Source: a virus (taxonomy: Duplodnaviria > Caudoviricetes). Taken from it: 57,279 bases of DNA. The number at the start of each line of letters is the position of its first letter. Within the stretch, counting starts at the first letter, position 1. Of the stretch, positions 44,901 to 51,439 are shown one piece after another. A model generated the notes under the pieces. That model did no database searches. It was not told the DNA's origin and saw only the letters and a list, made by a program, of their open reading frames with translations. Where the stretch lies: positions 1-57,279 of IMG/VR virus record IMGVR_UViG_3300042309_002674. One strand, given 5' to 3'. Position numbers and translations under genes: made by a program.

Positions 44901-46513
44901 TTGGCCGTCCTATTATTGATCAAGATCGTGATGTTGCCAGAGCGGCTGCTGCAAGCAGGCGTGAACCCAGATATAAAGATCCAGTAACTGGCGAGGTAAA
45001 GGATATACCTGGCGGGCTTCCAAGTCTTGATGGAGAATCTCAATATGGACAATTTATAGAAAGCGTTAAACCTCTTGGGTATAGCTTGCCTACAGATTCG
45101 GGCCCTTCACCAGCATATGAGGTAAAATATGGGGGATGGCAAAGAAATACAGAAGCCGATATAACTAGAAATTATATGGAGCAATATGGATTTGGCAAAG
45201 GTGGTATGGAGGGGTATGCTGCGAAAGTAAATGAAAAAATTAAAGTGCTTGAAGGGCCATCCCCAGCACAGGCACAGGCTCTTAACCTCGCCCAAACAGC
45301 TGTTAACGGTGCTATGGGTGGTTGGGGGGCCTTTGGCGGTGGGCTGGCAGAAACTCCAGAAGGTTTAGAAATAATTAAGAGGTCAAGAGAGTGGGCTTTT
45401 AAAAATGCCGGTGATCCCTCAGCGCAAATACCTTTATCAGATTTATTACCAGATAATTTAAGAGAGTCTATTAGGGGAAACACTCGCAAAAATACGCCAA
45501 ATACTTCATCTGAGTCTAGGCTCTCAAAGCCAATTTCAAATGAGAAAACTTATCCAAATACAAGCCCTGTTTCTCGAAAAGAAACACCAATTGGCAAAAG
45601 TGCTGCCAATGCGCCAAGTACGTTTTCTAATTTTGGTGGTAATAATAATTTGCCATTAACTCAATATACTCAAGCTTCTGCGGCACTTACCGAAGCCAGT
45701 CGCGCCATAAATGAAATGTCAAATTTTCCATCTTTTGGTTCGCAGCCAATGTTGGGATCATCAGCGCCGTTAACAAACTTATCAGATAGTTCTATAAATG
45801 GCATCCAGCAAGGAATGGAAAACGCTATTAAAAATAGTGCCCCTGCAATGTCTAACAGTAGTTTTGGGATGACGCCGCCACCATCATACCAACCGGTCCC
45901 ATATACCACTTCGCCTGGTGGTTCTGCTATTGCTCCAAACCCATCGACAATGGGCGCAGACCCTACACAGCTTGCGCGACAATCAGCGCTTTCATATGCT
46001 AATACTGATAAACCCGTATATGATTTTAATTATACAGCATCTCAAACACCTGCGCCTGTTTCTAATGCTCCTTACGTACAACCACCTTCTCCACAAGCTC
46101 CACCAGCACCACAAGCACCACAAGCACCACAGCAACAAGGCGGAGGCACATCTTTTCAATCTTTAGAACAGGCAATTAAATCAGCAGAGCAAACCATAAA
46201 AGCCTCAGAGCAGACTGTAAAATCTGCAGAGCAAGCCGTAAGAGAATTGGCAAACAAGAATAATAACAAAGACGATGGCGGTAATGGGGGCCAAAATGCT
46301 GATGTAACTTTAGAAGTTAATGTAGATGTTGACCCTCCAGAGGTAAGTATAGATTTAAATGTTGATACTAAAGACTTATCTTCACAGCTTGCATCGTTAC
46401 CAAGTGAAGTTATGGGGGCAATACAGCCAACAATAAATCAAATACAAACAGAATTAACAAGAGTAAAACAAGAGATAGCAATTCTTTTCCAGTCTTTGAG
46501 TAATAACAGGTGA
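35969..46513 (+). CDS. Tail tape measure protein (TP901-type core) with multiple G[FY][IV]PNF-delimited modules
   Basis: 3514 aa. N-terminal TP901/PhageMin_Tail-like core (EFSRQG, LANVDAGFAVSSADLAEALSRVGS, GNSLKTIFTRL), Gly/Ala hydrophobic segments, long helical regions and canonical position. Confidence 0.9.
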   Translation: MARPSIPVDVIGNTAQLRRQIEELSKTPVVLNIQGAGGRGARGLERQSSAISDIGTGLAAGGAAARSFNQPLGKINGNVSEIDKSLGAANARVIAFGAAAGGIFALQNAVGQLFTSFVNTEKKLAEINTVFNLDQGGLKSFGKQIFKTAGQTGQSFDTASEAALEFSRQGLGVEETTKRTRDALVLSRLSGLDAASSVNALTASVNSYRKEGITTGQVVNKLANVDAGFAVSSADLAEALSRVGSSAQDAGVSFDELIALVTSAQQTTARGGAVIGNSLKTIFTRLNREKTTELFEGLGISTLDEQGNEKNQIGLLKDLAGVYGTLGTQQKNYVAEQVGGVFQLNILKAALSDLGRQYSVYDRALQTSLGSTNQADKRNEQLNQTLSGLGTQTLANVQSAASTIGGELFAPAAKNVLNIGNFLAQGVNESESSSVGTKLGQGIISGLGSFLGGPGLALIGAVLAKLFGDFSKYGASAGKSLLGLDQAAKNQATIQQSVAGYLQKNASLYSAIASGQTSVTSAAKQYLQVINQQSAALQAQAAIAKQVAAAVTANVGRSATTPVVVPSTASGKKTRFSGFIPNFGTRDYYQEVENAGASNHKNGYRAGILKGVTVHDGMGNKERAWMTSRESKKTFTNASGFKATQITPPNGFSSDTMMASSGFVPNFGAFRGPVTKEEIEIAKKQMAESGRAGYLKRVGAELTDQQIAKELRNSTLPMDPVGRGKALNDKIQSLTEGAATRFNKQVAIINQRRQSIGLAPLTESRIAQLESAGAKQPTQNEWNELFKNQYRKISSAEYDAAIAKDAKLRGESGFRKGGYIARPDTPENQVINLGDLSSKPGGISLVHSMERGPQAITAQTPIDTKKGGSGKAYRASVLTSGIDTSVIKGALPNTKQRMEEAVTQLANDFGRSLGLKNTLTVADIPNAGSVASAAGVAFEQALTGFVKRSTRRAENARVDFADPTNLRKFFYNIPGMYEAKQNPGPKNVQDVIKKYVDTNKEFQSEAARVKKPNIAPFRAGKWTPSPEEQKKLEALKSQPKTNNPYLQAYSGFIPNFGPNIAAIQKLMTQGATSGERQAAFAAMQRIQSNALSKLGTGDKLTKFRELLYGSKSNAGFNLDAIKIKDLKYKPLLAGAKELGLSMKDLELLAGNPIAINQLRGLSGKTKSSSFAKGFLPSGSGQKLNPLLGRNKFQANWIKEFAKKNNIDLKNPDAMFKIASAFAKKYPNEQSMFGFNSGFIPNFASEFKTAQKRAVGAEKLFGKGAVMDEYKGMSYVRQPGQSSNFKTMMKQDHPEGFKAAVQNSAVSQGLSRGFIPNFAPNEEEYGGGLTASALQGLLMTLAFTLPQRGSMAEGIEQERRKNAEAFIKKRSEDQKFEAQRRANQQRSDAVRQKQSILSERRSGKITQEEARKKYNNINKVIASSGEDLKKSFIKIDENLQKSNERLSTNQKYLSRINEVALKNAGATGRGASLFGKAASIIPGVSQEKAVAGFEGLKQKGRGIRESQIFKGPGAGLGGAIAAPILAETIAAELGRDTTGGRVASAAGNAASFALTGAAIGGPKGALVGGLVGGGMLLNEIITARGSTLSETSKESEKATQEAGRINDLAGQALSDIGDYYEAVGSQGPDSKKAKKLKKQLTSTISKFGPDSAKKLFEAFYQGPEKFQEEIGKQQDQATKEQKTREAGQALSKISEGTRARKSFAGIFTSQLPDLLFGQETKGGLKGYTSDLEKENISDTVRQGLFGGLGSQEILDRVEKDFGGAGNLIKIFTDAEAATKKFEKRVKELGGTGGRSLEKFAESMEYVYGSSEGKEFLSTIDKQKKALLDLTEKGFGASLSESGRKAFLENLDVTALRQVGGDVAKDIVDARGIIKQEEDVRTTRGESNQMRVAQQMAKVQSEMQDYTGRGGESFGEIISSYQTGELNKLERQRLAGPTPDIISYNEEREAKRQERIQKSQRRLDFLQQYGVKGGKSDMQSIIQEAYGARIAEAEDLGIANMPGLKQSIFENIRRQVYGFAGRGDETAQYEVDMKADAKRRQQAMPEYIQKKSQFEQQISGYGAEQLVKEQEKVKSNLGIQQELLGLMRSEAGMTGEGAAQKMIQGIDREIQDMGPVFSYEKDRQDQLQSLIEKRSQVENYLPQLRQTSDDYNVIRGQEAGSEMMIQSMQQMLQSLRQGTKEQPSVPAEDKDASGKATNQAAANMATSADKIASASEKAASAMSAFATSAASSIEKLTALSAMPTPASNAPNTSAMGFIPNFAMPSKKNINQTKNLESFASGKTATYHTNPFPHVRNAGQPTFGSAMRDHGGLENALNDSAEMQKNFASGFIPNFASFGEIKAKFSSKPEYSTAFGKIDKIKDFFTNFRAPELPIPNFAYNPEMVPGNTPRAMKKAFANVQEVIAIVSQNLGFNAGNVNTPTSMSTGKYGQKGRAFAAVTTSSMGDSNVWFSDRLGRGNTLGIIANEATHVNQGLNILYDRNSYTNKLKSFTDFLESKGMVTGAQSGGGFSDNRRIAFTTTQEDSMASIQNKKKEIQEKADFSFKKDILKSESEMSQFAKITTSSLSQKIREQSEKTSSTVKNQHDKTLRDIENSFNKNQSLANQEIANFDQTVSRRRGGIGSEFNHSGDQQAYETERLSSLMHGLVSGIQVGNINAQDLVSSGAAANYDQAVQIIESVSGAEQMLRNSGINAARGFIPNFSNRNLAGVLEKFQAKNANYRSGILKTVTAHDGLGNSFKTYANSREAITRGTNDLGYKATMIEPPNGFNFAAKGYIPNFAPRGGVRVKNNFQRQMKEASNTRQKLLGLDETTQKAMAEAAEQRRSEAAYRELERRKNSSIDDAVKSDLTSEWQRLIDWGNDPDYTSRPDTLRSYLEQDKAARARYDRMQAAMSGKEKINENFELDTRNRISQRLQENKIDLSQPENLSPDQKSRAFKIAEEEWAKNIGSPTLGPDKKIVGNYPSGFESPIDKQQIPWSSEIGRPIIDQDRDVARAAAASRREPRYKDPVTGEVKDIPGGLPSLDGESQYGQFIESVKPLGYSLPTDSGPSPAYEVKYGGWQRNTEADITRNYMEQYGFGKGGMEGYAAKVNEKIKVLEGPSPAQAQALNLAQTAVNGAMGGWGAFGGGLAETPEGLEIIKRSREWAFKNAGDPSAQIPLSDLLPDNLRESIRGNTRKNTPNTSSESRLSKPISNEKTYPNTSPVSRKETPIGKSAANAPSTFSNFGGNNNLPLTQYTQASAALTEASRAINEMSNFPSFGSQPMLGSSAPLTNLSDSSINGIQQGMENAIKNSAPAMSNSSFGMTPPPSYQPVPYTTSPGGSAIAPNPSTMGADPTQLARQSALSYANTDKPVYDFNYTASQTPAPVSNAPYVQPPSPQAPPAPQAPQAPQQQGGGTSFQSLEQAIKSAEQTIKASEQTVKSAEQAVRELANKNNNKDDGGNGGQNADVTLEVNVDVDPPEVSIDLNVDTKDLSSQLASLPSEVMGAIQPTINQIQTELTRVKQEIAILFQSLSNNR
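46085..46240 (+). repeat. Low-complexity tandem repeats in TMP C-terminus (PQA repeats; 7-aa xKSAEQx repeats)
   Basis: GCACCACAA-like 9-bp units encode PQAPPAPQAPQAPQQQ, followed by EQAIKSAEQTIKASEQTVKSAEQAV. Confidence 0.75.
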
Positions 46514-46528
46514 TAAGAAATTTACTAT

Positions 46529-48100
46529 ATGATCTCATTCGATAATGCATCGCTTTTAACATACAGTCACGTACCAAAGTTTTTTGGTGACGGAATATTT
46601 AATTATGCAGTAGAAAAAAATATAAAAATAGAAGGATATTTGCTTGACTTGGAAAATTTTGAAGGAGTCAGTGGCGTTGTAAGTGGCATAAATGTAATAA
46701 AAAATTTGGCAAAAACAAGTGGTGAATTTGTTTTGAATGGTAATTATTTAGGTACTGGTTATATTAAAAATATAGAAGTTAATGGAAGGCCCGATAATGA
46801 TCCTAATTGGGTTAGATATGCAAATTATATAGCTGATATATTAATTTTATCTACCGGATCTATTCATGATATGACTGGCAAATATTATCAAGATATTGAC
46901 CAGCAAGTTTTTAATACAAAAAATTTATACTTAGTTAATGATTTTAAAGAAAATTTTTCATTAAATTTAAATGATAATGGAATTTATAATTATTCTCATG
47001 TTTGCGATATTGGTTTTGAAAATGGTATAGCTAAAAATATTGCAATAACAATAGCTAAAACAATAGCTTCGGGTTTGATTTCTTCTGAGGTTCCTTTTGA
47101 AATTTTAAATAGCAATAATCAAGATTTTTTAAGTGGTAGAAAAATTTATAAAGAAACATATGATATAATCAACAATAGATTTAGCTTTTCCGAAGAATTT
47201 CAAAAATCTAAAAGCGGCGACTTTGCCGATGCATTATATGATTATCAAATAACTTATGATGAAAATGGGCTCATAGTCGTAACAGAAGATGTTACCATTA
47301 AAAGCTTGGCCTCTCCAATTTTTGAAAAGTCTATCGAGAAATTATTGAATATAAAATCAGGATCATATTCGAGATGTCAATCAATGTATTATGGTTATTA
47401 TGCAAATTCAGGAATTTTAAATGCAAATTCGTTGAATCAGGGATTGAATATTAATAGGTTCAATGGTGAAATTATCTGCCAAACTACATTTTCAAATGAT
47501 AATTTCATTGAAAGTGGCTATGATTGGGAATCAACAGTTGATGTTTCTGATGGGCAAAGCGAGAGAGTTGTATCTGTTAGTCTATCAATAGATGGGCATG
47601 GACCAAAAAATTCAACAACAAAATGGAATAATGCTTTAATGGGATTTAATAATAAAAAAAATATATTTGATAGCTTACTTGTAAGAAATAGCGGCTATAA
47701 TGCTTTAAAAAGTTTAAGTATTAATTATAAGTGCAGGCCGAGCGCGATGCCGTACTATTTAGTAAATCAACAGGCGGAATCATCTTTTTATAATGGAAAA
47801 ATTAATTTTACAAAAAATTATTCTGATATAAATGGGCAATCTATAGAGTCTATTTCAAGGCAATCATCTGTTCCTTTATATACAGTATATACTTCAGCTA
47901 ATATTAAAGTTAATCATCCGCAAACATCTTTAGGCAAATACGCCAAAACAGTGCAAACTTTCAATCCAAATCTTACACTTTCTATGCCTTCACCATCCAT
48001 ACTTGCCGGGATTGGGTTGCTAGAATCGGCTTCAACAAAGCATAAAATAAATGAAAATATCGTAGAAACTAATGCGATATATTTTACACATAATGAATAA
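46529..48100 (+). CDS. Putative tail tip/distal tail protein
   Basis: 523 aa, first gene after the TMP, beta-rich, and similar to the next ORF (INRFNG / INRFDG). Confidence 0.5.
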   Translation: MISFDNASLLTYSHVPKFFGDGIFNYAVEKNIKIEGYLLDLENFEGVSGVVSGINVIKNLAKTSGEFVLNGNYLGTGYIKNIEVNGRPDNDPNWVRYANYIADILILSTGSIHDMTGKYYQDIDQQVFNTKNLYLVNDFKENFSLNLNDNGIYNYSHVCDIGFENGIAKNIAITIAKTIASGLISSEVPFEILNSNNQDFLSGRKIYKETYDIINNRFSFSEEFQKSKSGDFADALYDYQITYDENGLIVVTEDVTIKSLASPIFEKSIEKLLNIKSGSYSRCQSMYYGYYANSGILNANSLNQGLNINRFNGEIICQTTFSNDNFIESGYDWESTVDVSDGQSERVVSVSLSIDGHGPKNSTTKWNNALMGFNNKKNIFDSLLVRNSGYNALKSLSINYKCRPSAMPYYLVNQQAESSFYNGKINFTKNYSDINGQSIESISRQSSVPLYTVYTSANIKVNHPQTSLGKYAKTVQTFNPNLTLSMPSPSILAGIGLLESASTKHKINENIVETNAIYFTHNE

Positions 48101-49628
48101 AATTTATTACAATAATTTCGATATTTTTAGTGGGATTTGTTATACTCCATTTGTTTCTTATGTTTTGGAGTCGGATGGCCACATACAAGCAAAAGAAACT
48201 ATTACTTTAGATGGGGAAATATTTTCCGACTGCATATCTGGGTCATCTGGGATATTTTTAAAACAAAAAAATTTAATCAATAATTTTTCGAAAAATTTTT
48301 CAAATTTTAAAATTTTAGAAAATAGCCAGACAATTTATTCTTGTGATTATGCAGTTATAAAATCTATAGATTTTGATGAATCTAATTATACATATGTTGT
48401 TCCGTTTTCTATAGAGATAGACTGTTACGAAAAAGATTTTTTTAGTGGTTATTATGGCGTATATGGTATGGAAAACACTTTTGAGCTAGAAGAAAGCCAA
48501 GATCAAATAGTTGCTATAGCTCATAACGTTTCGGCTAAAGGATTTAATAATCATAATTCAGCAATATATAATGCTACCAACTGGGTAAATACACATTCTG
48601 GCTTAAAAAATATGCCACAAACTGCTTTTATCAAAATGAATAATGGTAATGAGCCAATCCTAACAGAACTGACTGAAGAAATAAACAGGTTTGATGGCTC
48701 GGCTTCGATAAAAGAGATTTATCAGTTTGATCAGGCAATTTTGGGTAGTGGAATTTTAAGATATGTAACAGATATTAAATTAAATAGAATAGAATTCAAT
48801 ACTGTTTCATTAAAGGGCCAAATAAATATGGGTAGATATGGTAATATTTCGCAAGCCAGAAATAGATTTAAAAATACTGATTTTTATAGTATCGCATCGC
48901 ATATTTATAGAAAATCTACATTATTAAATGATCTTAGCGCAATACCCTTGAAATATTCTATAAAAGAAAAATTAACAGAAAATACTCTTGATTTTGATAT
49001 TGAATTTAATAATGATAATGGGCCAATTGTTGTATTGGAAACATCGGCAAGTATAGATAAGGGAAATAGCGTGTCAAAAAGCCAATTCACAGCATCTATA
49101 AAAACAAAATTAAGCTCTAGAAGCGGAATTGTTTCTGCTAGATATCAAGAAGTTTTGAATTATTTTAAAAATAATTTTAATCCAATTCAAGAATTTATAA
49201 AAAATATGCCAAATGTAATTTTAGATTATGATTTGGCAAATTTTCGACACGAGCAGGATAGTGTGAAATTTTTAGAAAAAAGAGGCATCATAGAATATTC
49301 TTGCACTTGGTCTATTAATTCAATTAATAAATTTTTACCATGCTATTTTAAATCAATTTCGATAGAGCTTGAATCTGGTCCTCAAATTAATGATTATAGT
49401 TTTGTGCAGCCAATTTGTTCTGATTGGGTTGCTTTTATAAAAGGCTATAAATGGAAATATGGTAAAGCTTCTGGGAAAATAACAGTTTATCCTGGTAATG
49501 AAAGTTTAGCCCTTCAATGGGCTAGAAATCTGCTTGCTGGCCATGGTGGCATTAAAAATGTAGAAATAGAAACTACTTCACCTGGTAATATAAACTTTGA
49601 ATACAAGTATGATATTCATACAATATAA
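48093..49628 (+). CDS. Putative tail tip protein, paralog of upstream gene
   Basis: Likely start ATG 48093, overlapping the upstream stop; ETITLDG, ENTF...IAHNVSAKG, EEINRFDG. Confidence 0.5.
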   Translation: MNKIYYNNFDIFSGICYTPFVSYVLESDGHIQAKETITLDGEIFSDCISGSSGIFLKQKNLINNFSKNFSNFKILENSQTIYSCDYAVIKSIDFDESNYTYVVPFSIEIDCYEKDFFSGYYGVYGMENTFELEESQDQIVAIAHNVSAKGFNNHNSAIYNATNWVNTHSGLKNMPQTAFIKMNNGNEPILTELTEEINRFDGSASIKEIYQFDQAILGSGILRYVTDIKLNRIEFNTVSLKGQINMGRYGNISQARNRFKNTDFYSIASHIYRKSTLLNDLSAIPLKYSIKEKLTENTLDFDIEFNNDNGPIVVLETSASIDKGNSVSKSQFTASIKTKLSSRSGIVSARYQEVLNYFKNNFNPIQEFIKNMPNVILDYDLANFRHEQDSVKFLEKRGIIEYSCTWSINSINKFLPCYFKSISIELESGPQINDYSFVQPICSDWVAFIKGYKWKYGKASGKITVYPGNESLALQWARNLLAGHGGIKNVEIETTSPGNINFEYKYDIHTI

Positions 49629-49631
49629 TAT

Positions 49632-51416
49632 ATGTCAGCTTTTTCTCTAGATTATTTTTTTAAAAAAGGGCTTCAAGACAAGTCTAGGACTGTAGGTTAC
49701 TTTGATTTTTCTGATTTGTCAAATAGTGGCTCAACAATTTTTAGCGGCAATTATTTTAATAATATTGATTATTTATCATTTCTAATTGATAATCCTATAG
49801 AGTTCTGGGGCAGTAGTGGCGTTGCAAGCTTTAATTCCTCTGGAAATTACAAGATATCTGGAAATCTGTCAAATAGCATTTTTTATGCTGTTGCTGTTGA
49901 GTCAATGGCTACCGGTAAAGAAAATATTTTGTATTCATCTCTTGGATGCAATGGGAATGACTGTTCGGGATATAAGGTTAGCATAGCAAAAAATGGTTAT
50001 CCTTACATTGAGTATAAAGATGTAAATTTAGGGACTAAATATTTTTCATATTCAAAACCTATTAGCTCTAACGATTCTTTTGTTCTTTTTTTTGGTTTAG
50101 ATACGTTAAATAACTTGTTTTTGGGAATATATTCAAATGAAGAAAATGCCGTAATAGAAGAATCTTGCCCGTGGATTGCAAATTTTAATAATTCTAATTC
50201 TGCATATTTTGGCGGCAATCCGAGCCATGAGCAAGAAAAATATTTTTCTGGGTCCATAAAAGAGATCATAGCCTGCGAAAACTCTGCTTTTAAATCATTT
50301 GATAAAAATATTATTTTTAGTGGTATTGTTTATGAATTAGGGGAAAGTGTTGTAACTGGAATTATCAGCGGACAAACTGGAATTCTTTATGGAGACGTTA
50401 TTGAAATAAAATCATGCTATCTTGGAATTTCTGGAAATTCCGGAATAACTAATAGCCAAGTTTATTCGGGTGTAGAATACTATGTTCCAACTTATCAAGA
50501 ATTTATTGATTTTAATAACGAATCTTTTAGTAATTATTACTACAGCGGTGTAACTGGAGAGTTTTATCAAAGTTCTTATTTTGAAACTTCTGGAATAATA
50601 ATTTGCTCAGAAACAGTAACTGGCTATGAGTTTTACGAGTACGATTCTGGATATAAAATAGAATATGAAATTAAAACACTATCAACATTTTTAAATAACT
50701 TAAGATATTTGTATCCGGCACGTAATGGCATACAGTTTAATTTTAATTTAAATAGTGGTGATACAATTTGTGCCATTTATCAGCCAATAACAAATTTGAT
50801 CAAAAATGGGTCAAATTATAATATATTAACTTTTGATAATCAGCTTTATGCTTATTATGATAGGGACAACATAAGTAAAATATCAGGGTTGTATTTTAAT
50901 GGGCAATATCATAGATACTCGACTGGATATCAAAGCTCATTTAATGGTATAAATTATAATATTTCAGCAGATAATGATTTTGTTATATTAAATGATTATA
51001 TTTTTTCAAATAATAAAACGTATTTGCCTCCTGAATTTTCAAACGATCAATATTCTCATTTGCTTGCTGATTTATGGGCCGGATCTGGTATTAATAATGT
51101 TTCCCAAACTGGAATAGCTAGCGGTCAGCTAGTTAATGGTTTAAACTTTTCTAATTCTTTGGTTTTTTTAAATGGCCAATTATTAACATCTGGAATTGAT
51201 TATCAACTTCCAAGTAAAATAATGATTAGCGCAAATTCAGGATATAATATTATATCTGTTGTTTATTTAGATTTATTTAACAAAAATAGTATTATTAATA
51301 TTAATAATAGTAATACAAGGTTCATACCATTAAATGAAAATTTTATAGAAAAAAGCCTAATGGTTTGGATTAATGGAGTAAGGGCCATCAACGGCACGGA
51401 TTATACGGAAATATAA
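49632..51416 (+). CDS. Putative tail protein with LamG-like N-terminal domain
   Basis: GYFDF...YFGG...FSGSIKEI LamG-like pattern, an [ST]G-rich middle, and repeated LYFNGQ / VFLNGQLLTSGIDY / VWINGVRAINGTDY units. Confidence 0.55.
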   Translation: MSAFSLDYFFKKGLQDKSRTVGYFDFSDLSNSGSTIFSGNYFNNIDYLSFLIDNPIEFWGSSGVASFNSSGNYKISGNLSNSIFYAVAVESMATGKENILYSSLGCNGNDCSGYKVSIAKNGYPYIEYKDVNLGTKYFSYSKPISSNDSFVLFFGLDTLNNLFLGIYSNEENAVIEESCPWIANFNNSNSAYFGGNPSHEQEKYFSGSIKEIIACENSAFKSFDKNIIFSGIVYELGESVVTGIISGQTGILYGDVIEIKSCYLGISGNSGITNSQVYSGVEYYVPTYQEFIDFNNESFSNYYYSGVTGEFYQSSYFETSGIIICSETVTGYEFYEYDSGYKIEYEIKTLSTFLNNLRYLYPARNGIQFNFNLNSGDTICAIYQPITNLIKNGSNYNILTFDNQLYAYYDRDNISKISGLYFNGQYHRYSTGYQSSFNGINYNISADNDFVILNDYIFSNNKTYLPPEFSNDQYSHLLADLWAGSGINNVSQTGIASGQLVNGLNFSNSLVFLNGQLLTSGIDYQLPSKIMISANSGYNIISVVYLDLFNKNSIININNSNTRFIPLNENFIEKSLMVWINGVRAINGTDYTEI

Positions 51417-51426
51417 TTTATTATTA

Positions 51427-51432
51427 TGTAAT
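51427..51432 (+). promoter_or_regulatory. Putative late promoter motif TGTAAT
   Basis: In a 23-nt gap, 7 nt before ATG 51440. Confidence 0.45.
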
Positions 51433-51439
51433 TTATTTT

